A stretch of DNA of 28,454 bases, taken from positions 1-28,454 of IMG/VR virus record IMGVR_UViG_3300032225_000423. The stretch is one strand, 5' to 3'. Numbering within the stretch: the stretch's first letter is position 1; each line of letters begins with the position of its first letter. Positions 8,850 through 15,433 of the stretch are shown piece by piece. The stretch comes from a virus (lineage: Duplodnaviria > Caudoviricetes). Below the pieces are notes generated by a model that saw nothing but the letters and a program-made list of their open reading frames with translations, made no database searches and was not told the origin of the DNA. The translations under genes and the position numbers were made by a program.

Positions 8850-8973
8850 TTACGGTCTCCAAGGTTGTGAATCGGTGCATATTGGCACATTCAATCCGGC
8901 GGCGGCGGCTATTGTTTTCATCTGCGCGGGTTTCTTTAACCACCGTCCATGCGCCGCATACGGGGCACTTCAT
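8788..8973 (-). CDS. Stand-alone NrdR-N-like zinc-ribbon protein
   Basis: MKCPVCG...VKETR...RRRRIECANMHRFTTLE; no ATP-cone domain follows. Confidence 0.75.
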   Translation of the reverse strand: MKCPVCGAWTVVKETRADENNSRRRRIECANMHRFTTLETVIAEKTRIRQKQKIAEISGKP

Positions 8974-9434
8974 CTTTTAAGCAAAAATGCCCAAAATCCT
9001 CCACCAATAACTTTGGCAGCAAATTGCATAACAATGATTTCCGGCATCAAAATGCCAAAAGCAATAGTCGGAAACATAACAGAGTCAACCGCCGCGCCTG
9101 CAATATTGGACACATTGGCCCGCTTAAACCATGAACCGGTAACTTTTGAGAATACCGCCCAATCCGCAAGTGCTGCCAGCGTAAAAGATGCAGCAGATGC
9201 CACGGCAATCATGCCAGCATCTTGATTCAAAGCGTAGGTCAAGCCGCCGCTGACTGCAATCAAAATCGCCATTTGCCATGCCTTAATTTGCATCTGCAAC
9301 CAATCCCGCAATGCCAGGTCTAAGCCAATAAACAAAAACGCATTGATGGGACTGACCCAAACGCCAAAGGTGGCAATGGATAGGTTTGCCAAGGTCATGG
9401 CGACAGCGTAAACAACGATGGCAGCAATCAGCAT
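8970..9434 (-). CDS. VUT/YhhQ-family (queuosine-precursor transporter-like) membrane protein
   Basis: 154 aa from the ATG at 9434 (AGGA RBS), with several hydrophobic helices. Motifs LAN, GLDLALRD, IAVASAASF..AALADWAVF, R..SN..GAAVDS..FPTIAFG and QF.AKVIGG match the VUT family. Confidence 0.88.
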   Translation of the reverse strand: MLIAAIVVYAVAMTLANLSIATFGVWVSPINAFLFIGLDLALRDWLQMQIKAWQMAILIAVSGGLTYALNQDAGMIAVASAASFTLAALADWAVFSKVTGSWFKRANVSNIAGAAVDSVMFPTIAFGILMPEIIVMQFAAKVIGGGFWAFLLKR

Positions 9435-10108
9435 AAAACTTCCTGTAGTGGTTGAATATTCCACTTTGTCGGTGGATTGGTTGAATCAATGCGCTTTGCC
9501 ATACAACCGGCGCACTCTAAATGCTCTGCATGGTGTAGCGCAACATTGGTTGAATCGGCACTTGCCAAAGGCCACGGCCCGCTTGATTGCCCAAGCATAC
9601 GCATTCCATGCACCCAAGGAATTTGCCTGCCATAAGTGTTCACCAAGGCATTGAATGCCTCATCCATACGGTGACACCATTTTGATGTGCCAATTTGCCA
9701 AAACTCACCGGCTGACCCAAAGCATACCCGTCCCCATGCATCGCACAATTCAATTAGGTAAGAAATTGGCAAACCAAGATGCCACACCGGAATGCCCATA
9801 TTTTTACGAAAAGGCCAAGATTTGACCATTTCTCGCTGTTCATCTATCGACCCATCAATCACATCAGGCACAACCGCCCAATGTGGATGTGCAAGTAAAG
9901 GCTCAACCCAAGCATAAAATCCATCACGGTCAAAAGGCAATCCCCTTGTTTTTGCGCTAAAAGCGCCGTTATCCAGCATAAGCGACTGACCAATACGCAA
10001 ACAGCGTTTGAGATCATCAGGACGCGCATACGACACACAAAAGTGCTTACCGCCCATTGTCTCTATGGCTTTCATTGGAGAGATGGGTGTGCCGTGATAA
10101 TGAATCAT
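9428..10108 (-). CDS. TGT/DpdA-fold base-exchange (transglycosylase-like) protein
   Basis: Ordered motifs LDNGAFS, VPDVI, PVWH, VCFGS, VHGMRM and SADSTN correspond to TGT DSGGFQ, the substrate-binding Asp, HLLG and the second catalytic Asp. It overlaps the VUT gene. Confidence 0.75.
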   Translation of the reverse strand: MIHYHGTPISPMKAIETMGGKHFCVSYARPDDLKRCLRIGQSLMLDNGAFSAKTRGLPFDRDGFYAWVEPLLAHPHWAVVPDVIDGSIDEQREMVKSWPFRKNMGIPVWHLGLPISYLIELCDAWGRVCFGSAGEFWQIGTSKWCHRMDEAFNALVNTYGRQIPWVHGMRMLGQSSGPWPLASADSTNVALHHAEHLECAGCMAKRIDSTNPPTKWNIQPLQEVLC

Positions 10109-10389
10109 TCTTCGTCCACAAAAGCGCGGAATTTCACGCCTTGTTGTGTTCCAAAAGCTGTGGATAACTCTATCAATTCTGTCATTTCTGCCACGGTCAT
10201 CTTGCTGGTACGCGCACCAATCACAACAAAGCCACCTTCAATGCCAGGCACTACCTTCTGTTTTTTTAACGCGGCAGTCAAAACATCTTTCCATTCGTCT
10301 TTTGTCAGCTTAACACCGTACCACACCACTTGCTGGGCAATGTCCTCCAAATTTGCCCACATCATGCGGTTTTGTTCAAGACTTCTCAT
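10105..10389 (-). CDS. ninB: NinB/Orf-family recombination protein, short form
   Basis: RSLEQN..MWA.L.DIAQQV.W.G..L...WK..LTAALK.Q.VVP...GGFVVIG..TSKM closely follows lambda NinB. Confidence 0.88.
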   Translation of the reverse strand: MRSLEQNRMMWANLEDIAQQVVWYGVKLTKDEWKDVLTAALKKQKVVPGIEGGFVVIGARTSKMTVAEMTELIELSTAFGTQQGVKFRAFVDEE

Positions 10390-11126
10390 TTGTAGTCTTG
10401 TTCAGCCATATGGCAAAAAATGGAGCATTCGATGTTTTGTTCTGTTGGGTAATCACCGGCATTAGGCGGCAATTCGTCTAAGTAAACCCGTTCTCCCTTT
10501 GATTTGGTAATGCTTGCACCAATGTTGCGCTCTAACTTTGCCATACGGTCAAAATGCTCAGGAAAATCCACTCGTATCTTGTTCCAGTAGCCAGCACCGC
10601 CCTTCACACAACCAATGCAGTTGTTGTTGTGATACCCCAAGCGGTACATTTTGGGAAGTTCAATGTTGGCGTTTTCCAGCATTGCCAAGCAATCTTCTTT
10701 TGACAAACCTTTGTCAATCAATGGTGTCCAAATGTCCACATCGTTGTTGGCATCAATGAATCGATCTAAACGGTGCTGTTCTTCTGCCGTGTAGCCAAAA
10801 ACTTGTCTATCAGTTGGTTGCTCAAACTTTAAGCGCACTTCCTTTTTTAGCAATCGGGTGCAAGGTGCGCCAGCAATCCCAACGATGTAGCGGTTTTTTT
10901 CAAATACGTTGTAAATACTGCCGCCATATTTTTCATTACGCAAAATTTGTATTTCTTGCCCAAACCATTTTTCGCAATCACTTAAAAACCGCCGATTGTC
11001 GGGGTGTTCTTCTGCAATTTCGGTATAAGCAATTATCAAAGGCAATTTGCCATTGTTTTCAGCAATAGCCAACTTTGTCGCCATCGCGCTTGCTGCGCCA
11101 CAACTAAACCAACAAACAATTCTCAT
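10386..11126 (-). CDS. PAPS-reductase-like PP-loop (adenine nucleotide alpha-hydrolase fold) protein
   Basis: Degenerate PP-loop WFSCGAAS, plus EHPDN.RF, CTRLLK, GYTAEE..R, PLI, NNNCIGCVKG and ECSIFC. The start at 11126 is an ATGA overlap. Confidence 0.8.
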   Translation of the reverse strand: MRIVCWFSCGAASAMATKLAIAENNGKLPLIIAYTEIAEEHPDNRRFLSDCEKWFGQEIQILRNEKYGGSIYNVFEKNRYIVGIAGAPCTRLLKKEVRLKFEQPTDRQVFGYTAEEQHRLDRFIDANNDVDIWTPLIDKGLSKEDCLAMLENANIELPKMYRLGYHNNNCIGCVKGGAGYWNKIRVDFPEHFDRMAKLERNIGASITKSKGERVYLDELPPNAGDYPTEQNIECSIFCHMAEQDYK

Positions 11127-11389
11127 TCCACGCACCTAATCATGTCTAAAGCCGCCTGTGGGCTGTCAACCCTGCACAATGTGCCACCGGCCCACTTTTC
11201 AAAAAAGTCGGCTTGTAGGCCCGTTAAACGTTTTTTAGAGGTGGTTTTGATCTCCATCAAGAAAGTGTGCCCTTTGTATCCAGCCAAAAGGTCAACCGGC
11301 AGGCCAATGATCCAAACATAAGCGCCAGCAGCCCGCAGCGCGGCAACAATGGCCTGCTGGTTTGCGTCAACCCTTGCGGCGTGTCTCAT
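11123..11389 (-). CDS. VRR-NUC-like PD-(D/E)xK nuclease
   Basis: RVDANQ..IV.ALR..G, PVDLL, MEIK and LT..Q..F motifs. Confidence 0.8.
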   Translation of the reverse strand: MRHAARVDANQQAIVAALRAAGAYVWIIGLPVDLLAGYKGHTFLMEIKTTSKKRLTGLQADFFEKWAGGTLCRVDSPQAALDMIRCVE

Positions 11390-11754
11390 GCTTTTTCTTT
11401 CACCCTTGCAATCAATTCGGCAATCCTGGCCTTGTTCTTTGCCCGCTGTTCGGCGGTCAGTTCATTGCCCAACCGCAAAACCGGCGGCTCGACATAACTA
11501 CGGCGCAGCAAATTGATCCATTGCGGCAGCGTAGGCGGGTCTTCCGGCAAATTCTCCAGCGCCCGCTTAATCGTCGCCGCGCTAAAACCCGCCATCTTGT
11601 CGGCCCAATGATTCATGGCGTTCATCACACCGGCATCAGTCCCATCCGGCAATGTCTGCCCTGTTTTCCATTGATTCATAAACCGAGTGCCATAGTTGCC
11701 TTGCAGGGCCGCAAACAATCTTTGAATCCAGCCGTCAGGTAATTTTGAGGACAT
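11386..11754 (-). CDS. Replication protein P-like (helicase loader)
   Basis: Start at 11754 (AAGGA RBS); RLF..L...YG..F...W and PPTLPQW motifs; directly after the initiator. Confidence 0.65.
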   Translation of the reverse strand: MSSKLPDGWIQRLFAALQGNYGTRFMNQWKTGQTLPDGTDAGVMNAMNHWADKMAGFSAATIKRALENLPEDPPTLPQWINLLRRSYVEPPVLRLGNELTAEQRAKNKARIAELIARVKEKA

Positions 11755-12418
11755 TGAAATTCCTTTCATCGCCAAAGATGGCCCTGGCTGCGCCCATGTT
11801 CTTGTCTTGATGGGCATGAGAGTGCATCCATTCGGCCTTAAAGCCCGTCCAACCCCGTTCACAGCACGTTTCAAGGACTGTTTGTAGGCTGACCCCTGCC
11901 TTGTCTGCCTCGCGCTGTATGCCGTCCAAAGCGGTTTGCGTGACCGCCGCCTTTTTTGCTTTCCTCAATTTCAACCAATCCTGCCAAACACCAACCGTCA
12001 CGCCGTGAGGCGGGGCGACTGTATTTGTATTCTTTGGTTTATGGTTATTGGTTATTGGTTCTTGGTTATTGGTTGGTTGAACGGGCGTTGAACGGGCGTT
12101 GCTCCGGCGTTCAGCAGATGCTTTACCCGCCTTTGACGCCTGTTCAATCTTGCTATGAAAATGAGCAATTTCCTTGTCAGCACGGCTGCTAATCCAGCCA
12201 TCTTCGGTCAAAAAGAAAAACTCATTAAGAACAATGGCGACTTCTTGTTCATAGTCGCGCAATCCTATCTGCCGCGCAACAACCGCCACACCGCTGTTCA
12301 ACGGGCGTTCGCTCAAATAGTAGGCATCCAACAGCCGCCGATAGGCGATGTCTTCGATTGGAGAAAGATGCCTTGTGTGGCTTACATAGTCACCAATGTT
12401 GAATTGGTAATAGTGCAT
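11735..12418 (-). CDS. Replication initiator, YdaU/DUF1376 family (lambda O analogue)
   Basis: MHYYQFNIGDY...HLS..E..AYRRLLD.YY N-terminus, GKASA..R linker with internal DNA repeats, C-terminal RGWTGFKAEW. Confidence 0.85.
   Translation of the reverse strand: MHYYQFNIGDYVSHTRHLSPIEDIAYRRLLDAYYLSERPLNSGVAVVARQIGLRDYEQEVAIVLNEFFFLTEDGWISSRADKEIAHFHSKIEQASKAGKASAERRSNARSTPVQPTNNQEPITNNHKPKNTNTVAPPHGVTVGVWQDWLKLRKAKKAAVTQTALDGIQREADKAGVSLQTVLETCCERGWTGFKAEWMHSHAHQDKNMGAARAIFGDERNFNVLKIT
12035..12112. repeat. Putative replication origin: heptamer and 11-bp iteron arrays
   Basis: Five tandem TGGTTnn heptamers (12035-12069) are followed by GTTGAACGGGC twice and GTTGCTCCGGC (12076-12108), all inside the initiator gene. 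Confidence 0.75.
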
Positions 12419-12434
12419 TCAAGTCCTCAAAAAA

Positions 12435-12509
12435 AAGACTTAGGCGGAACTCTCACCGTTTCCGGTGTTGGCGGACTGGGCAATACCAGCAGAGTTCCAT
12501 CTAAGTCTT
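12435..12509 (-). ncRNA. C4/CI-like antisense RNA
   Basis: Three-way junction with AAGACUUAG/CUAAGUCUU and GGAACUCU/AGAGUUCC stems, a CUGG-UAUUGC-CCAG hairpin, a CCGCCAA linker and a CACCG-GAAA-CGGUG GNRA hairpin. Confidence 0.75.
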
Positions 12510-12533
12510 ATTGCTATGTCCCCGCCAAGGGAC
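12509..12533 (-). promoter_or_regulatory. C4 target site (a1/b1-like)
   Basis: A GUCCC-UUGGCG-GGGAC hairpin followed by GCAAUA. These are exact complements of the CCGCCAA linker and UAUUGC loop of the adjacent RNA. Confidence 0.7.
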
Positions 12534-12542
12534 GTTTTGATC

Positions 12543-12698
12543 TTACTTCAAAAACCATTTGGGCCGCAAGTCTTTAGCTTGCCAAATCCGCGCCTGGGGA
12601 ACCTTTTTCCATTGGCTGATAGCTGACAAGCTGATGCCCAGCAACTCAGCCAGCGCCTTGCGTGATCCTGCCTTTTTGATGAGTTGCTGTTTGGTCAT
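12543..12698 (-). CDS. cro: Cro/YdaS-like HTH regulator (51 aa)
   Basis: GSRKALAELLGISLSAISQW..VP..R HTH; first gene of the operon leading to the replication genes. Confidence 0.85.
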   Translation of the reverse strand: MTKQQLIKKAGSRKALAELLGISLSAISQWKKVPQARIWQAKDLRPKWFLK

Positions 12699-12704
12699 CT
12701 TGCA

Positions 12705-12797
12705 ATTGTAAGCTAACTTACGCACACCAAACATAGGGTTTGCCCTAACGCATTTCGCAATGTAAGTTGGCTTAATGCGTGTAAGCTGGCTTACAAT
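12705..12797. promoter_or_regulatory. Divergent promoter/operator region
   Basis: Three GTAAG-N4-CTTA(C/A) palindromes (12708-12721, 12762-12775, 12781-12794), outward-facing TACAAT boxes (12710-12705 and 12792-12797), and a central TAGGG-TTTG-CCCTA palindrome (12734-12747). Confidence 0.8.
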
Positions 12798-12844
12798 ACA
12801 CCTAACCCGCAACAATTCGTAGCGGTCTTTTTAGGAAAATCAAA

Positions 12845-13072
12845 ATGATTACAGCAATTGAAACTCAGCAAATTTACAAACGGCATGACATCAACTTAAC
12901 TCAGGTTGAATCCGTTGAAATTGCCGCTGACGCAAACGATAGCGAAAAAAATGGCCATAAAGGTCTTACGGCTCAACAATGGGTTGCGCGTTGGATACAG
13001 GAAGAATTGCACGAAAACATGGACGCGCCATCTTTTTCTGAACGCCTTGAATACGATTTTTCTCAAAATTAA
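12845..13072 (+). CDS. Hypothetical early protein
   Basis: 75 aa, AGGA RBS, first gene of the rightward arm; acidic, with no HTH/S24 features. Confidence 0.7.
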   Translation: MITAIETQQIYKRHDINLTQVESVEIAADANDSEKNGHKGLTAQQWVARWIQEELHENMDAPSFSERLEYDFSQN

Positions 13073-13084
13073 ACAAGGATCAAC

Positions 13085-13177
13085 ATGACTAAAGAAACTT
13101 GGGACAACATCATTGTCCACATCTGCATTGCCATCATCAGCTACACCATTGGTTACTTTGTTGGAGGTGGTCTGTGA
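13085..13177 (+). CDS. 30-aa single-TM peptide (not in ORF track)
   Basis: MTKETWDNIIVHICIAIISYTIGYFVGGGL; AAGGA RBS; GTGA overlap with the next gene. Confidence 0.65.
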   Translation: MTKETWDNIIVHICIAIISYTIGYFVGGGL

Positions 13178-13371
13178 ACACAACTAAATACACATATGAG
13201 GGCGCGGTTTTTGAAATTGCCTATGACGTTATCAAGTGTGATGACCCTAGAAAAGAATGGGTCAGCATTTGGTCAATTATGCATAACGACGTTCAATTCT
13301 TTGACATTTTGAGCAAAGACCTGATCAGGTTTTTTGAAGAACAAATCGAAAAAAAGATGTTGGAAGACTAA
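13174..13371 (+). CDS. Hypothetical early protein
   Basis: GTG start at 13174 with GGAGG RBS; 65 aa. Confidence 0.7.
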   Translation: MNTTKYTYEGAVFEIAYDVIKCDDPRKEWVSIWSIMHNDVQFFDILSKDLIRFFEEQIEKKMLED

Positions 13372-13584
13372 ATGACTATTTACACCAGCACACGCGAAGT
13401 TGAATGGGACAAGATGGGCAATGGTGAATTTGCCACGTTGCTTGTCGAATACGAATGGAACACCGAAACCGATTCGCTGTTGATCATTTCTGTGGTCTAT
13501 GAGGGCTTGGAATGGATCGACTATCTCAATGCAGCAACCCGCAATTACTTACGCCAATACATGAAAGAAAGGCTCCAAAAATGA
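13372..13584 (+). CDS. Hypothetical early protein
   Basis: 70 aa, abuts the previous stop. Confidence 0.7.
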   Translation: MTIYTSTREVEWDKMGNGEFATLLVEYEWNTETDSLLIISVVYEGLEWIDYLNAATRNYLRQYMKERLQK

Positions 13585-13769
13585 ACTCCGCTGAAATCAT
13601 CAAAGATTGTGAAGATCGCGCCAATGCTTACAGCACCGACCGATGCGACCGGCTGGCCTACGAAGTTGGTTGCTTGCGGCATCACATTTGGCGGCTGTGC
13701 AAAGAAATGGAATACGCTGTGGAAGAAATCGGCAACATTGAACAGATGCTGATGGGAGAACGCGCATGA
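13581..13769 (+). CDS. Hypothetical early protein
   Basis: ATG at 13581 (ATGA overlap); 62 aa, helical. Confidence 0.65.
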   Translation: MNSAEIIKDCEDRANAYSTDRCDRLAYEVGCLRHHIWRLCKEMEYAVEEIGNIEQMLMGERA

Positions 13770-14002
13770 AATACCTACTATGCCTTGCGCTGGTAGGTTG
13801 CGCCAGCGAACCAGCCATGACCGAACAGCAATTGGTCATGGACAAGCAAATCCAATCGATGGGCCGGTCTGAGGTCATTGATGCCATCAAGCAATGTGAG
13901 AAAAATGGCTTGCGGGCAATCACCGTGTTTGGTAAACGAAAGATCAATGGCTACACCGCTGAAACCATTGTTGACATCACTTGCGGCCCGAGGTACTACT
14001 AA
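13766..14002 (+). CDS. Small lipoprotein
   Basis: MKYLLCLALVG-C signal peptide with lipobox; two further Cys. Confidence 0.75.
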   Translation: MKYLLCLALVGCASEPAMTEQQLVMDKQIQSMGRSEVIDAIKQCEKNGLRAITVFGKRKINGYTAETIVDITCGPRYY

Positions 14003-14163
14003 TGAAAACAGACGCTACTTTTGACAGACCCCGTGAAGATCACGAATGCCCAATCTGTGGACATGATTGCGGTGAACTAACGCGCCACGCCTTTGACGAT
14101 GTGACTGTGCTGTGGTATTTCTCTTGCGAAAAATGTGGTGAAGATTTTGGGGGTGACCTATGA
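14002..14163 (+). CDS. Small zinc-ribbon protein
   Basis: TAATG coupling; CPICG...CEKCG. Confidence 0.65.
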   Translation: MKTDATFDRPREDHECPICGHDCGELTRHAFDDVTVLWYFSCEKCGEDFGGDL

Positions 14164-14768
14164 AGAATATTGCATCAGCTTTGGTACGCGCCCAGCGCGG
14201 TTTTGCACCGGCCTTAAAAACGTCTACAAACCCGCATTTTCGGTCTAAGTACGTTGACCTTGCCGGTTGCATTGAGGCGGTTGTGGATGCCTTAAATGCC
14301 GCAGGAATAGCCCTTATTCAGCGCACATCTGAGGACAGCACCGGCGTGACTGTGGAAACTGTATTTGTGCATGAATCAGGCGAAATGATGGAATGCGGCA
14401 AGCTGCACGTTCCCGCCAGCAAACAAGACGCGCAAGGATATGGCTCGGCGTTGACTTACGCCAGGCGTTACAGCCTTATGGCGGCTGCTGGAATTGCGCC
14501 GGAAGATGATGACGGGAATGCGGCATCTAAAACACCGGCTCCAAAGGTGTCAGCAACCAAAACTGACCTTGTGCCGCCAAGCCGCATGGCGGTAGTTGCA
14601 GACGTTGCAGCAGCAATTGATGAGCGCATGAGCGCCAATGACTTAATCGGTGCGTTTGAAGAATTTTTGGGCATCACCGATGTGGAAGAAAAAATAGCTT
14701 TGTGGGGAATGCTTGACAGCAAAACGCGCGGCAGCATTAAGAAACACGCCGAATCATTAAAAGGGTAA
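14160..14768 (+). CDS. erf: ERF-family single-strand annealing protein
   Basis: NPHFRSKY.DL, HESGE and QGYGSALTYARRYSL....GI..EDDDG signature. Confidence 0.93.
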   Translation: MKNIASALVRAQRGFAPALKTSTNPHFRSKYVDLAGCIEAVVDALNAAGIALIQRTSEDSTGVTVETVFVHESGEMMECGKLHVPASKQDAQGYGSALTYARRYSLMAAAGIAPEDDDGNAASKTPAPKVSATKTDLVPPSRMAVVADVAAAIDERMSANDLIGAFEEFLGITDVEEKIALWGMLDSKTRGSIKKHAESLKG

Positions 14769-14770
14769 TC

Positions 14771-15019
14771 ATGTCAAAAATCAAGATGGAAATCAGTTGC
14801 ATTGTGGGTAGCTACACCAATTCCGAGGGTCAGCAAAAGAACCGCTATCAGCGCATTGGGTCAATCATTCAAACGCAAAAAGGCGAAATGCTCAAATTGG
14901 ATGTGATTCCGCTGAAAGAGGGCGGTTGGGACGGTTGGGCGTTTTTGAATGAGCCGCGCCCACGCGAGGACAAATACCAAGGTTTGCCAAAGGAGAATGA
15001 TGATGACATTCCTTTCTAG
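14771..15019 (+). CDS. ssb: Small single-stranded DNA-binding protein (putative)
   Basis: 82 aa after ERF, beta-rich, ending in the SSB-type acidic tail DDDIPF. Confidence 0.65.
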   Translation: MSKIKMEISCIVGSYTNSEGQQKNRYQRIGSIIQTQKGEMLKLDVIPLKEGGWDGWAFLNEPRPREDKYQGLPKENDDDIPF

Positions 15020-15299
15020 AAACACCGATCCGGTGACAAGCCACATGGCGGCAGCGCAAGCCGGTGGCCTTGCCAAAGATCACGCCATCATCATTGTGGA
15101 TTGCCTACAGCGGTATGGGCCGCATGGCAAAGACGGCATCATGCTGTTAACCAGGTTGGACAAAAATCAGATCAGCCGCCGATTGCCCGAATTGGAACGC
15201 GAGGGGTTGATTAAGCAAACAGGCAAGTTGGTCAAATCGACATCAGGCCGCATGGAACGTGAATGGGCATTTCAACCACAACAGAGGTCATTGATATGA
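15000..15299 (+). CDS. Winged-helix DNA-binding protein
   Basis: AGGAG RBS; RNTDP.TSH.AA and SRRLPELEREGLI...G....SGR...W pattern. The exact Met (14997/15000/15003) is uncertain. Confidence 0.7.
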   Translation: MMTFLSRNTDPVTSHMAAAQAGGLAKDHAIIIVDCLQRYGPHGKDGIMLLTRLDKNQISRRLPELEREGLIKQTGKLVKSTSGRMEREWAFQPQQRSLI

Positions 15300-15433
15300 G
15301 ATTGATCGAAACCATTTTTGCCGTGATTGGCGCATGGGCTGTAATGATGGCTGCATTTTTTTGGGTGGGCTATGCAACATATTGCCCACCTTGCGAAAGT
15401 TTTTTGGCAATTTTTACCGAGCAATGCAAATGA
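15296..15433 (+). CDS. 45-aa membrane peptide (not in ORF track)
   Basis: MRLIETIFAVIGAWAVMMAAFFWVGYATYCPPCESFLAIFTEQCK; GAGG RBS; ATGA overlaps at both ends. Confidence 0.65.
   Translation: MRLIETIFAVIGAWAVMMAAFFWVGYATYCPPCESFLAIFTEQCK

Noticed and set aside
8788-8973. Full NrdR repressor
   Set aside because: Only the zinc ribbon is present; the ATP-cone domain is missing.
9428-10108. Canonical tRNA-guanine transglycosylase (tgt)
   Set aside because: Much shorter than bacterial Tgt, lacks the CxCxxC Zn motif and has DNGAF in place of DSGGF, so no gene symbol was assigned.
10386-11126. cysH auxiliary metabolic gene for sulfate assimilation
   Set aside because: Degenerate PP-loop, no ECGLH-type C-terminus, no other cys genes, and a DNA-metabolism context.
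12035-12112. CRISPR-like or satellite repeats
   Set aside because: Repeats are 7-11 bp, lack spacers and lie in-frame within the initiator, consistent with an origin.
12543-12815. 90-aa version of Cro from the ORF track
   Set aside because: The extension runs through the operators and promoters; the HTH protein starts at the ATG at 12698.
12807-12833. boxA/nut-like site or terminator (CCGC...GCGG-TCTTTTT)
   Set aside because: The stem is weak, there is no boxB or N-like gene, and it cannot be distinguished from chance.
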